The notes beneath the pieces are model-generated. The model was not told the origin of the DNA and did not search any database. It was given only the letters and a program-made list of their open reading frames with translations. From the NCBI RefSeq assembly GCF_006345805.1, contig NC_042998.1, positions 77,314,001 through 77,378,000 of the forward strand: a stretch of 64,000 nucleotides of DNA, read 5' to 3'. The stretch comes from Octopus sinensis. Its lineage: Eukaryota. Every line of letters begins with the position of its first letter. Positions within the stretch are counted from its first letter, which is position 1. A program made the translations under genes and the position numbers. Shown here one piece after another: positions 1-12,591 of the stretch.

Positions 1-10
1 ATATATATAT

Positions 11-42
<32 letters not shown>

Positions 43-65
43 ATATATATATATATATATAATGT
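1..65. repeat. (TA)n microsatellite
   Basis: Direct inspection. Confidence 0.95.
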
Positions 66-180
66 ATGTATATGCACACAAACACACATAAATACATAAC
101 ACGTATATACATGCACATATAATGTACCTGTATAATAATATTACGATCATGAAATTAGCATTAACTTCTCTCACTCCTTC

Positions 181-247
181 TCGCGGAAACCCTAGGAAGC
201 TTTTGAAGAACCCTAGGTTTCTGGGGAGCCCCAGTTGAAAAACGCTG
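181..247 (-). mobile_element. hAT (Charlie-like) terminal remnant
   Basis: The minus strand reads CAGCGTTTTTCAACTGGGGCTCCCCAGAAACCTAGGGTTC..., resembling CAG-type hAT termini with repeated AACCCTAGG subterminal motifs. No partner end found. Confidence 0.4.
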
Positions 248-2749
248 CAGTAGACATTAAATCAAAATGACACCGATGGCATTTATTGAGGTTTTTCTTC
301 GTACAACATAGTACTATTAACAATTATGTATATTATTTTGATATTTGATATATCTTATAGAGTCTTTTATATTTGCGGCTGGATAGTGTAAGAACGACTG
401 CTGCTTTGTAAGAAATTATTCTAATTTTTGATAAATGTTCAGAAAGAAAATTTTCCTAAAAATAAACTTACCTGAGTATAGATGAATACCTGACTATATG
501 AAAGTTAAGAAGAAAAATCAAGATATTTTATATAATTACAAATTCCAATCCGCTAAATTGCGCCTTTTATCGAAATGTAGCGCAGACAGCCACAAAAATG
601 TGTTTTTGTAATGTAATATCTTTGACAATTAAATGAAAGTATGTTGTTGCGTCGTTACCAATCTGCATGTTCGTGATGGAGTCCAAATCCAAACAATAGG
701 TTGGATATCCATACAAATTCTTTTGTTGCTGCGCCTGTTGAATTTTCTGTAGAAAGCTGAAGTAATTTATTTGTTCAAGCCATGAGATGTCATGAGTCTC
801 GGAATAAGTTTCCAGGAATTTACTCCTAAATTAATGATATAAGATTTCCCAACAATGACTATGTTAATTATTTTTAACTTTGCCGGATATTCTTTGAGCG
901 ACAATGTTTCTCTGAAAGCTGTTGAGATCTCAAATATTTCCCACCGTGATATGTATACTTGTATATACTGTCTGCATTACTGCTGCGCTATTAGCTTCCG
1001 TTAACCGCTTAAATGCCGGTGTTTTCATTGCTTATTTAAGAAATGTAAGTTTATGAGAGACCAGTCATGTATCTGTCAACACTTAAGTTGTAAACATCGT
1101 ATTCTTCCTGAGTAATGCATTTATTCTCATAGTTTCTGCATTGCATCGTATTCATTCTATAGCTTTGCTCATAAATTTTATACTCATCTATATCTTTTTT
1201 CATAAGTGCTTGTTTCATATACCATTTTGTTTATAAGTAAATTACTTTTCCTCATACCCATATATATAACCTTTGGTGATCTTTGCTAATACAATAAAAC
1301 GCTGTTTATAGCGGGCATTTATTTGATTTCCATTACTTGATTTCCATTATTTTTTCACTTTAATTTTAACTTTTATGATAAAAGTTTCCCACATCAAATT
1401 TATATTTGGCCACAATATTAGTGCTGCAGGATATGTAAGACTATCTTAAAATAATGTTTGCAAGTCGTAAGATATTTTCTGTAACCTCTTGTGACAGGTC
1501 ATACTTAAAAAAAGAGCAAAAACAGAATAACATAGAGTCTAAGGAAAAATTGTTTAACTCGTCTGTCTTTACTGACTAATTAGTCTACGTTCACCTTGTT
1601 TTATATTCCAAATGCTGTTTCATGTTATTCTATGAAAATAAGGCAGGTTCTAATTTAAAAGTTTATCCACATTTGAGCGATAATCTGATGACGCTTTGAT
1701 TATCGAAACTGCTTTATTAATAATGAAATATAAATATTTTTGAAAAAAAAATGCGATTAGGTAGTCCAGTATTTCTTATTTTCATTGCAAAAAGAACATT
1801 TTCCCTCATTAACTCGTTGCTTGTAAATGAAATACAGCATTATATTACTTTCTTATTTTGTATAATTATTAAACAATTGACACATGTAGTATTTTGCTTG
1901 AAAATAACACAAAATATTCCGGCTTAAAATAATGGGTAATATTTTGTTTAAAGATTTCATTCTTTTCCCGATTTTACAGAGTTCACTTGCGTAGGATAAG
2001 ATGGCTTTCTTCAAGTCTGTCAGATTCGTCAGTATTATTATGAATCTAAGTAGACAAGCGTTTTGATATTACAAGTGGTGGTAGCTATCATTCGAGACAT
2101 CTGGTTTACAAGTATTTTAAAGTTTAACTTTGGGATTTAACTTTTCTGGTTATTGTTTTTATTTCTTTTAATAATCCTAGTCATCTATACTTAAGCTGAT
2201 TCGTAGCACAAATATAGTTAGGACAGAAGTTATCACAATTACATGCCCATTAGCAAAGGACGTCAGAGTGAACGCCCTACTGAAGTAGCTACAATCATTG
2301 AGGCATACAGTGATCCGCGCCAGATATCATTATAGACAATTATGAGATGAGTACAATGAGTATATTTGATGGACAAATTTGATATATCAATATTCAAGTT
2401 TGGGATTCATCGTCTGTCATATGGCTTTCTGCTCATGTTAGTAATAACTATTCATGATTTGTTAAATGTTGAATACTTCGATCATCTAAAATTATTATTG
2501 TGGTTTACTCTGTACAGAAAATTTTCGAAGGGATTCCACTATTCCGTGACCTTGGAACCGTTGATTTTCATCTCAAAATATAATTTTAAAATGGTTAGTT
2601 TAGATTTGAAAAAGAGAGTAATCGGGCATCGGAAAAAACACCCATCTAAAGACGCCATTTATTATTAACAATAACTGTAGTTCATAAGCAGGTTGTTCAT
2701 TATTATAACTCCCTTTTCTGCCATTTCCGGCTTTTCTTCGTTATCTTCA

Positions 2750-3340
2750 TACCCTTAAGTTGTTAACTAGGAATTTCATGGTATTGTCCATTTTTGGCTG
2801 TGTTTTCCTCGCGTGTCACAGTGAACGTTATTTTAGCAGGACATTCACTCTGAAATTCTTTGCGAGTGGTGTATATACTTGTGAAAAATTCTGCCCTAGT
2901 TGTAATTAGGAAGCTCATGATCGACGTAAAGTTATTGTTTTAACAGTTGACAGAATTTCATATTTTTAGCCTGTATAATACCCTACTGTTTCTATTTCCT
3001 TTTTCTGGACATTTGTGTGAGAAAGGACATGCCACGTTGCTTAAACATATAGTTTCTTGAGAATCTATAGGAATGTACCATGATGTCTTTCGTTTTGATG
3101 TCTTTCATTATTATCCCAATATCCCTGTCTGTGTAAAACCGAATTAGTTGACCTGGTCATACTAAGAATGGAAGCCCCTGAATGATGAAGCATATTGTAA
3201 TATCAATTGGTGTTACAAAACGTGGAGGGAATCGAGCCAGTGCCAAAGCTATTTGCTTAGGCAGTTTCCAATTATTTTTAGAGTTGGAAGTAATATTTTG
3301 AATACGTTGTTTGGCCATGATAGCCTCGACAAAAAACACT
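2750..3340 (-). mobile_element. Highly degenerate LINE RT fragment (CR1/Jockey-like)
   Basis: PEKGNRNSRVLYRL resembles the RT motif PKKGD...NYRPI, and ILKKL lies upstream. Many stops, so the support is weak. Confidence 0.3.
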
Positions 3341-4439
3341 GAACTTGTTAGTAAAAGTTGATCTTTTTACTCAACTTACCTACTTCCCCATCATTAGAAT
3401 TAACTCCCTTCAAATTCGAAGTTTCTTTACCTGTTCCGTGTAATTTTTGACTTCGTTATACTGTCGAGACGGCTGGAAGAGCTCGTCTAATGGTGTTAGA
3501 AGAGTATAGACTTTGCTATTTCGACTGCAGTGATAATATCAAGCAAACTGTAAATAGTGATGAGAGTTCTATGTGCTACATGATTTTGTTTCCTCAATGA
3601 CGAGAAGAAGTACATGCCCTTCGTGGTGCGTAATCTAAGTGAGTACTAGCTGATTGATAAACCGCAGGACTACGGATCCCAGGCATATCATAATTAGGTG
3701 CATCACACACTGTCGAGTGAAAAAGGGATCTGTGTTTTGTGTCAGCGCATAGATTATATACTGAACATCCATATATGTTTGTCAGAACAAGCTACACATA
3801 TTCTACCATTTTCTACATTTGTTAATATGATAAATAATGTTCCAAATTATCTGATTATGCTCGAACCAACCTGGGAATCACGTGCTATGTATTTATGCCA
3901 AAACACACGTATAGGTGTACATAAGTATGCAAGCGTGTTATCTGATAACTCTCAGTGCTACTGATAACATGTAACCCCTACAATCTGTCGAATGGTCGGA
4001 ACGGCGGCAATGAAACCCTACAGATCCTGCTCGGACACCGAACAGGACGAATATTAAAACCTTTCAAAGGAGGGATGAACGCGATAGAGTCAATGACCAT
4101 TCAATAGCTAGCATTGAGTGAAAGCCTGTCTTTCTTCAGAAAACTCTCTAAGACATGGAAATTCCAATCTAATATCTTTCTCTTGCTTATTTTTGTACTA
4201 CATGGCTTTGTAGGCGAGGGTTTAAACCATTGTCTTTAACATCTAAGATAAGATAATGTGTCAGTTATGATCATACTCACCTACAGTCTAAATGTGTGTA
4301 CGCTTGTGTACTTGTGTGCTTGTGTGTTTGTGTTTGTGTTAGTGTGTTCTGTATATATCACATATATAATACTATGTATAATACATAATCTCATAGAATG
4401 TATAATTTATGTATCTGTTTATGCGTGTGTATACATACA

Positions 4440-4498
4440 CACACACACACATATATTGTTGTGTCTGGCAAGAGTCATTCTATATATATATATATTAT

Positions 4499-4547
<49 letters not shown>

Positions 4548-4580
4548 ATATATAAATATATATATATAAATATATATATA
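4440..4580. repeat. (CA)n/(TA)n compound microsatellite
   Basis: Direct inspection. Confidence 0.9.
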
Positions 4581-5177
4581 AAAGGGGTGGAAAAGATCGT
4601 AAAGTACTACAGTTATTTGTAAAAAACATGTTATGCAGGTAACGTAAAATTCCTCATTCCCATAATTGTAGGGTGTGTTTTCTACTCAGATACATATGAC
4701 ATTTTATTTGACAATAATCTGCCGAGTGAAGACTGAAGTCGGTAAATGACCACTGCGTGCATTTTAATCATTGATTACGGGCCTTGCTGTCTGATTAACC
4801 CAACAACGTTATTTAGGAAACAACTGTAGTGCTAAAGGACCAATTCCATCCCATTTCTTTAGAGATCTGCTTATCGCAGTATTTAGAAATTTGATTATCG
4901 CAATGTGCGTTGCTTTCGAAATGGAATTGTATAGCGCCTGTTATCAGAATTTTCTGTGTAATATCGATATGGGACGAACTGTATTTATTGTATTGATTAA
5001 TACATTTCATTGATAAACTACTGAGTCACCTGTGTTATATATACAAGCCGTGTTTATGCTAGAGACTTATATACTGGGTCTCATCACGTTCACTCGGCTG
5101 ATCCTTCTACAGAATATATACATATATATATATATATATATAACAAAGTGAAGTTGTAAGGTACCGCACGAGTGGAA

Positions 5178-5972
5178 ATATATATGAAAGAAGGTTTCAA
5201 AATGCAATTTGAAAAGATGTTTATTCACTTGATCGGTTTCACTTTTTAGAAAAAGATTGCCAAAAGTAAATTGTAATAGCTTTGTAAAAGCTTTGTTGTG
5301 TTAAGTACGGGTCGTCACAAAATATTACAATACATATATACATTTTATGATGATAATAAGAGAATGTTAAAAACAGATTACAGGGAAAACGCTTGAGAAA
5401 ATATTAAAAAGTTCATTAAAAATATTAGAATTTCATTAAAAATCATGTTTGTTTCGACGTATCTATATATATATACAAAAAATTATGAATTTAAAAAGGT
5501 CATATTTGGTGGTATATGTATACACAGAAGGAAATATATTCAGGAGTTTACAAAGAATTTGAGATGAACTGACCTGTTTTACCATTTTTTCGTTTTCTGT
5601 TTAGATTTAGCCTTTAGCTTCACAGAAAAGGAAAAAATGGTAATACAGGTAAACAATGGTAAAAAGATTCTTTGTAAACTCCTAAATATATCTCCTTCTG
5701 TGTATATATATATACCACCAAATATGACCTTTTTCAACTTATAATTTTCTGTGTATATATATATATATATATATATGTAGATACTTCCAAACAAACATGA
5801 TTTTTAATGTAATCCTATGTATTGTAATATTGTAATATTTTGTGACAACCAGTACTTAACACAACAAAGCTTTTACAAAGCTTTTACATTTTACTTTTGA
5901 CAATCTTTTTCTAAAAAAAGGGAAACGAGTCAAGTGAATAAAGATCCTTTAAAATTGCATTTTCAAACATTC

Positions 5973-5985
<13 letters not shown>
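5178..5985. repeat. ~810-bp foldback (long inverted repeat), probably inverted PLE pseudo-LTRs
   Basis: 5181-5333 is the reverse complement of 5820-5980, 5431-5560 of 5665-5810, and 5572-5600 of 5622-5650 (27/29). The central loop is 21 nt. Confidence 0.9.
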
Positions 5986-6061
<76 letters not shown>

Positions 6062-6065
6062 TATA
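5977..6065. repeat. (TA)n microsatellite
   Basis: Direct inspection. Confidence 0.95.
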
Positions 6066-9020
6066 GGGAGAGTTTACGAAAAAAAAAACAAAAGACGAAG
6101 ACAGGTTGTGTACAAAGCAAACAGATGTATTAGTATAACGCTTAGGAATAGAAAAAGTCTTTTACGTTTCGAGCCTACGCTACATCATTTTCATATTAAC
6201 GACAGTAGCAATGATTACAATGATGAAAATTTTCCATTAAAATAGTTATCGTTTTGAAAGTCAGTAAAATTTAAAAGCGCGTATATTCTCCAAAAGAAGA
6301 TGATGTTATATAAAAAAAGAAACATACTTGATACTTTATATCAAATTCCCATCTAGTTTCACAATAAATAATGCTGTGAGTAGAAGCTGTTTTATTGTTT
6401 TGCCACATAATAAATTTAACTGTGTCGTAAAAGGAACATAAATAATAATTGTTATTTTAATACACAGGTTTTTTCGTGGACATATATCAGTCCACAAATA
6501 ATGGCCATATGCATTGAAAGCGAAGCTGACGCATGGAAGAGAGGAATACAACGTATTAAATAAGTCCAAGCATCCACTCAAACTTATATATTCAGTTGGA
6601 GTGGTTGCAGTGAATAGCAACAAAAATAATCGAAAACTGAACAAACACATACTTAAATCTAGACAGTATTTTCTCTGTTTCTCTGCTTCTTTGTTTCGGT
6701 CACTCTGTCTTATTCGATATTAAGGTTATGTACAGCACTCCACCAATTTCAAAGGTGTACAGAACGTAGTTCAACTCACCAATTGTCAAACTTACACTAA
6801 GCAGATATTCAGCTAGAAGCTAGACGTTTTGCGACTATGAAGAAGGAAAAAGTTGTATATATTTTTTAAAATGTTTGTGGTACGATTCAATACAAACGTT
6901 GATAATGGTTTTAAAACCTACTAATTCCAATTTTTAAAAACATTTAAAGATAGAAATCTAAAACGTTATTGTACAAGCAGAAATAACTTCGGGGATATTG
7001 GGCTAATATGAGAGGTGGTGGTGCACAACCATGAAGATGTCATCCGAACTTATATTTTGAAATGTGAAATGAATGACAATGAATAACAAGAGACACCTAG
7101 AAATAATTTAATCCATTTCTACCAAGGCTAGTCTACAACTATAATTTACATAGAAGTAAGGAAGCATAAATATATGTAAAGACACATTAATTCTCATTAG
7201 AAATTTTGCAACAAACATTTGAAGACATACTGACTAATTTAAAGTGTTTCGTTCGTTGTCGATATAATCAATGACAACAAAAGTTTTGAAGTGCTACGGA
7301 ATCTTAGAACAATGAAAAGTAGATATCAGCGGAGGAGAAAGTAGAGGACATGTTATACGTAAAGTATATACAAAATAAAGTTAGGAAATATGATACTGAA
7401 TTACGATGCCTAAGTAGTATAAAATTCTCACATTATAACAATTTTTGTAAAAAGTAGCAATGTTTTTCCACTACAACAAACATCTGCACAGCCTCGAATT
7501 CAATATCAACATGAAATAATTTAAAAGAATCCAAAGGAAACGAAATATTGTAACAAGAAATATTGTCTACGAAATTTTGGAGACATGCTGTTGAACATGA
7601 GGCTAGCTTTTACGGATAGATCAATTCAGAAAAAAGTGGTGTCTGTACTTGCCAGCACGAAATCGCCAACAGCTAGCGTATCCTAATAGAGAACCGTTTT
7701 GAAAATCATAATGTAAACTTAGTACAGCAGGCTATTTAAGCATTTGGCATGTTAGATGTGACAGGCAAATTTGTAAAGGTAGATTTTACCTTTACAAATT
7801 CTAGATTTTATTGTGGGAAGTCGCTCCAGACAGTGAAGACGTACGTTAGAAAAGGTAGACAAAAGAAAGCTATATAAGTGAGACAATACTTAAAGCGTGT
7901 CATTGAGTAAAATTTTACTCGGAAAAAGAAAATGCTTCATAGCAAAAGCCAAACGCGATCATCATGAAGAACAATAGTTCAAGAAACTGCAACTAACATT
8001 CTGAGACAATTTAGTACATAATTTCTCTTTTCAAAATTTGCATATATCAGTTTATGATGATCTAAATAACATGATTTGCAGCGAAAGGAAAACGTCACTA
8101 ATAAACAAACAATAAGGTGATCGCTTCGTTCTATGAAAAGCCAATCATTTACATTGAGTGAAACATTCATGTTAATACAACTGACATTTTATTATGGACT
8201 AGAGTGGTCACTGCGCCCTAGATAAAATTCTCGCGAGAAGTATAGCCAACTGTTACACAAATATAATGATAGTTCTCTAGGTATATATATTAGATGCAAA
8301 GAATTAAGAAAATAATTGAAAATGATTTCAAATATTTGAATCATTTTATAATGCTTACGTAAGAGAAACTTTGATCATTCCCCTAATTATTATATGTAAC
8401 AAATTGTTTTAATGGAGCTTGCTAAAATAAAACTAATAAAGTTGATGTATTGGATTTCAAAAGTCGCAGTAGTATGAATCATAAGCCTGGTTTATTTTCT
8501 TAGTTCACAAACATCAATCTACAACCTTTCAGAATTGATTTATATAGCGTAGAAATAGCAACTGCTACAAAGTAAAGAATACTAAAATGATAATATATAC
8601 TTCTAAGTTCCGAAAGGATCGCAGCATTTCGAAGATGATGCACTTAATGAATTAAAATATATTCTACTGAATCCAAATATATAAACGTAAATAAAACTCA
8701 ATCAGAGTGAAACACGAAATATATATGTAGTCAACTGAAACTTATATTTTCTTCGACGCTCGACTAGTTAATGCTACAAATTAGAACAAAAATGATGAAT
8801 GAGAATTTAAATGCTAATATCAGAATTGCTGTTATTGAGTCATTAGTAAATTGCATCACACTTTTTATTTGAAACGTTCTTCTAATAAGACTTAGAAATA
8901 CAATTGGAATTACTATCTGGTAATTAATGAGGACAGAGGAATACATCAATTTTTAAAAAATGCTACACATAACAGCAGCAACATCAAAAACAACAGCAAT
9001 ACTATTAATATTATCGATAT

Positions 9021-9600
9021 CATTATTATTATTTTGGTTTGACTATGGTGCGGTCTAATTCCTGGTTGGATTTATGTGGGAAGCGGATTACTACCTGTAA
9101 CCATAGGTTTACACAAGTTACAGCAGTATTTCAAGTGCATAGAACCCTCCTGATAATCTTTGCTCTCCCTAAGAAACAAATGTCCTGTTCGATCTCTACC
9201 AGGCATTCTATTTCAATCTCCTTTAGCCATTTGTTTATATCCTGGCTTACTGTTTCTAACGCACCAATTATTATAGACACGACCTTAACTATTCACATGC
9301 TCCAAATTCTTCCTATTTCAAATTTTAAGTGATTGTATTTCTTCTTTCCCTTTCTTTACGATTCTAGAATGAAATGGGCATGATGAGTCGATTAGTAAGC
9401 AACTTCGTTTTTCCTTATATACAATTGTTATGTTCGGTCTATTATTTTCTAGCATTTTTTCCGTTTGAATGGGCAAGAACCACAGAATCTTACATTGCCC
9501 CGACTCCAGTACTCTTTCAATCCATGATTGTACCATGTTTCCAGCTTCAAATCCCCATGTCTGGCACACTTTCCAGTGTAAAAGTTTACAACCTGGTTGT
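9021..9600 (-). mobile_element. 3' end of an RLE-type non-LTR retrotransposon (R4/Dong-like) with (TAA)n tail
   Basis: CKILW..PIQTEKMLENNRPNITIVYKEKRSCLLIDSSCPF matches the RPD/PD-(D/E)xK restriction-like endonuclease. It continues IIIGALETV..INKWLKEI...LGRAKIIRRVL. The minus-strand end is AAACCAAAATAATAATAATG. Confidence 0.85.
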
Positions 9601-10307
9601 TGATTATAATTTAGATACTTATTTTTATGTATTTGTTATTTTATAATTATTATATGCGAACTAAAATCTAAAAATATTAAGAGTAATTGTTTTGTTAAAT
9701 AGTTTGGTAATTAAATTTTAGAGTATAACTAGGGTAAAGATATTCTATAGTTTATTAATGTTTTTTAAAGCTAAATTATATCTTCACAGATAAATACATT
9801 TTACTATTTCCTCTATTTTTTTAACTTAAATATTTTACATAATAAATGTATTGTAGGAAACTGGTCCTAATGTTTTAAATTTCAAATTTAGTTAAAGGAA
9901 TTTCTTATATACGAAAAACCATTATTTTATTTATCTTTTAATAAATATTGTTTAAATCTATTTGCTTATTTATTTAACTATTAATTTTAACCTGACGATT
10001 GACTATACTTTTAAATTGAATTCATTTCGATTAAATTTAATTGTAATTCGAATTCAATTATAACCATGAAACGTACGTAGTTTTGTTTTACTTATATATT
10101 GATTATTTATTTTTATACATTTTGTAATCTAGTTATATGCTTTATAAAAATATATTTTATTTGTTATTTATAACTTGGTTTATGTCTATCATTGTTTGAA
10201 TTGCATAATAGTGGTTTTATGTCTAATTTATATTTTATATATTTATATTGTGAACTTTGATTTAATACTAATTGAATTTTTTCCTGTAAGTTTGGAGTTA
10301 TACTCCC

Positions 10308-10379
<72 letters not shown>

Positions 10380-10384
10380 TATAT
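10308..10384. repeat. (ATT)n + (AT)n microsatellite
   Basis: Direct inspection. Confidence 0.95.
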
Positions 10385-10809
10385 GCATATGTTTTATGTA
10401 TCAGTGCAATCATGTATAAATAGAGCATTGTTTAATAGGTGATATTCATTTATATTTTATTTTACAATATCTGTAAGATGAATAAACAAGGAGAGGTTCT
10501 ATATAATACAAAGAAGGACTTGCAGTATTACAGAAACATAGAGGCGAATTAAGAGATCATACTGATAAATGTTCATGTCATGTTATCGTTTTCATAAGAG
10601 TGTAAATGAAGAACTCTATGAATTACCTACAAGTTTGTTCTTTGCTTGAGCAACAATTTATGCATTTCAATGAATATAATTATTACAGCGATGTACTTGC
10701 ATCATAGCTTGTGACCTTATCTGAGATCGTGTGCAGAAACAAAAACAATTACAGCGTAGAAGGTGTTTATAAGCTAAATAAAAACACAGAAACACAGTTA
10801 GATATACAT

Positions 10810-10934
10810 CAACATCTAAATTTAATTTTTCAAAATATTTTCTTCGCTTTGAAATTGCGGCCTGTTCACTGACAAAATTCCGTGCTGCATCTCAAAGCGA
10901 CGAAAATATTTTGACAAATTAAATTTAAATGTTG
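10810..10934. repeat. 125-bp inverted repeat/hairpin
   Basis: CAACATCTAAATTTAATTTTTCAAAATATTTTCTTCGCTTTGAAATTGCGGC ... GCTGCATCTCAAAGCGACGAAAATATTTTGACAAATTAAATTTAAATGTTG. Confidence 0.85.
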
Positions 10935-11344
10935 CAGTCAATCTTACGGGTTTCGTGTGTTTACATATGAATATAATATGTTACTGATAAAAAGGTACAT
11001 GCATTTAGAAATAAGTTATTAAGAAATAGCTATTCCTTTTTGGTATGAAAGTTTTAATTCCTTGAATATATACATCTATCTATGTATGTATGTATGTATC
11101 TATCTATCTATCTATCTACATATATATATATATGTATATATTCATATATATAGGGTCCATCGTACATATACACATACATATGCATGCATATATGTGCGCC
11201 TATGTGTGTGTGTGAGTGTGTCGGGGGTGTATTCCTGGGAACTCAAATGGAGAATTTTGGAGGGTTTGAGGTATCTTCACAGTGCTGACAATTAATAAGT
11301 ATTAAAGGATGCGAGTTATTTTAATTATTCTTCATTGAAAAAAC

Positions 11345-12591
11345 TGTTAGGTTGTTGAGTATGCAATTTGTAGTAAGGTATATGGTAAACATTGACAGCT
11401 GCCCATTTTGCATCCATTATTCTATTTTGACAATCTTTATTTTTTGTTAGAAGGCTGACACATCTATTTATTTATTTTTACTCATTTTATGCTTTATAAA
11501 ATATTTATAAATCGTTTTTTGCCTATTTGTTTAGACATAGATAAGTCGGAAAAAATTCGTAGTTTTGAAATATGTGTTATTTCTTAGAAATACAGCATCA
11601 CAGACAGCTCGAATATTAATGGAGTATTTCATTCTAATGTTATTACATAGCAGATAGTATCAAATTGGTTTGTAAAATTTCATTCTGGTAACTTTGCCCT
11701 CACAAATGAGCAACGCGGTCGACCAGAAACAAAGGTGGATAATGACGAACTGAAAGCTACTGTTGAGTCAGATCCATGTGAAAGTGCCCATGAATTATCG
11801 TTGTTGTTTGGTGTTAGCAAGCAAACAATATTGACTCAACTGGTTCAAATTGGTAAAGTGAAATAGTTGGATATGTGGGTTCCACATGAACTCACATAAA
11901 AATCAGAAACAGCAAGGTTTGGAAGCCTGCATTATGCAACTTTCTCGTCCCCAAAATGAATAATTTCTGAATCGAATTGTAACATGCGATGAGAAATGGA
12001 TCCAACACAACAAACGTAAACGTTCACAACAATGGCTGTAGAAAGACGAGACAAAAAAACACAGTCCAAAAAGCAAAATTCATCAAAAGAAGCTAGTATT
12101 TGGTGGTCTGGTGCAAGTAAGATCCATTATGATATCATTAAACCAGGATCATCAATCACGGTAGAAGTATACTGCAGCCAACTAGACCAAATGATGCACA
12201 AATTTACAAAGAAAAAGAACAGCCTAGATTACTCAACAGACCCACTCTTGACCACACATCGCAAAAATAACATTACAGTAGGAAGTTCTCCATCATCCAC
12301 CATACTCACTTTCTCTTCCCACACTGACTAATTCGTCTTCCAGAATTTGGATAACTTTTTGATAGAAAATATTTTAAATTCCGACGATGCTCTAAAACAG
12401 GCCTTCCAAGATTCTATTGACTAGATTGCCAGGCACTGGCAATCTAGTGTTGGACAAGATACCGCTGAAATGGCAAAAGTGTATTGAAAATGTTGGTATA
12501 TACTTTGATGAATAACACCGTTCCTTGTATTTATAAAACATTAGCAAACATTTTTTTCTTTTCTAGAAATTCCATACTTGACGACCTAATA
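11345..12591 (+). mobile_element. Full-length decayed mariner (DD34D) DNA transposon
   Basis: Inverted ends TGTTAGGTTGTTGAGTATGCAATT (11345-11368) and AATTCCATACTTGACGACCTAATA (12568-12591). Stop- and frameshift-ridden transposase with RGRPETKVDNDELKA, WVPHEL, IVTCDEKWI, WWSGA. Confidence 0.9.

Noticed and set aside
540-1060. Possible decayed RTE-like RT C-terminus on the minus strand
   Set aside because: Only vague similarity across several stops; cannot be supported without a profile search.
6468-6560. Acceptor followed by ...ESEADAWKRGIQ, reminiscent of a PH-domain C-terminal helix
   Set aside because: Short similarity, in-frame stop, no good donor and no supporting exons.
7400-7900. Possible decayed LINE RT on the + strand (NIVYEIL, FTDRSIQ, AFGMLD)
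   Set aside because: The motif matches are too degenerate to call by eye.
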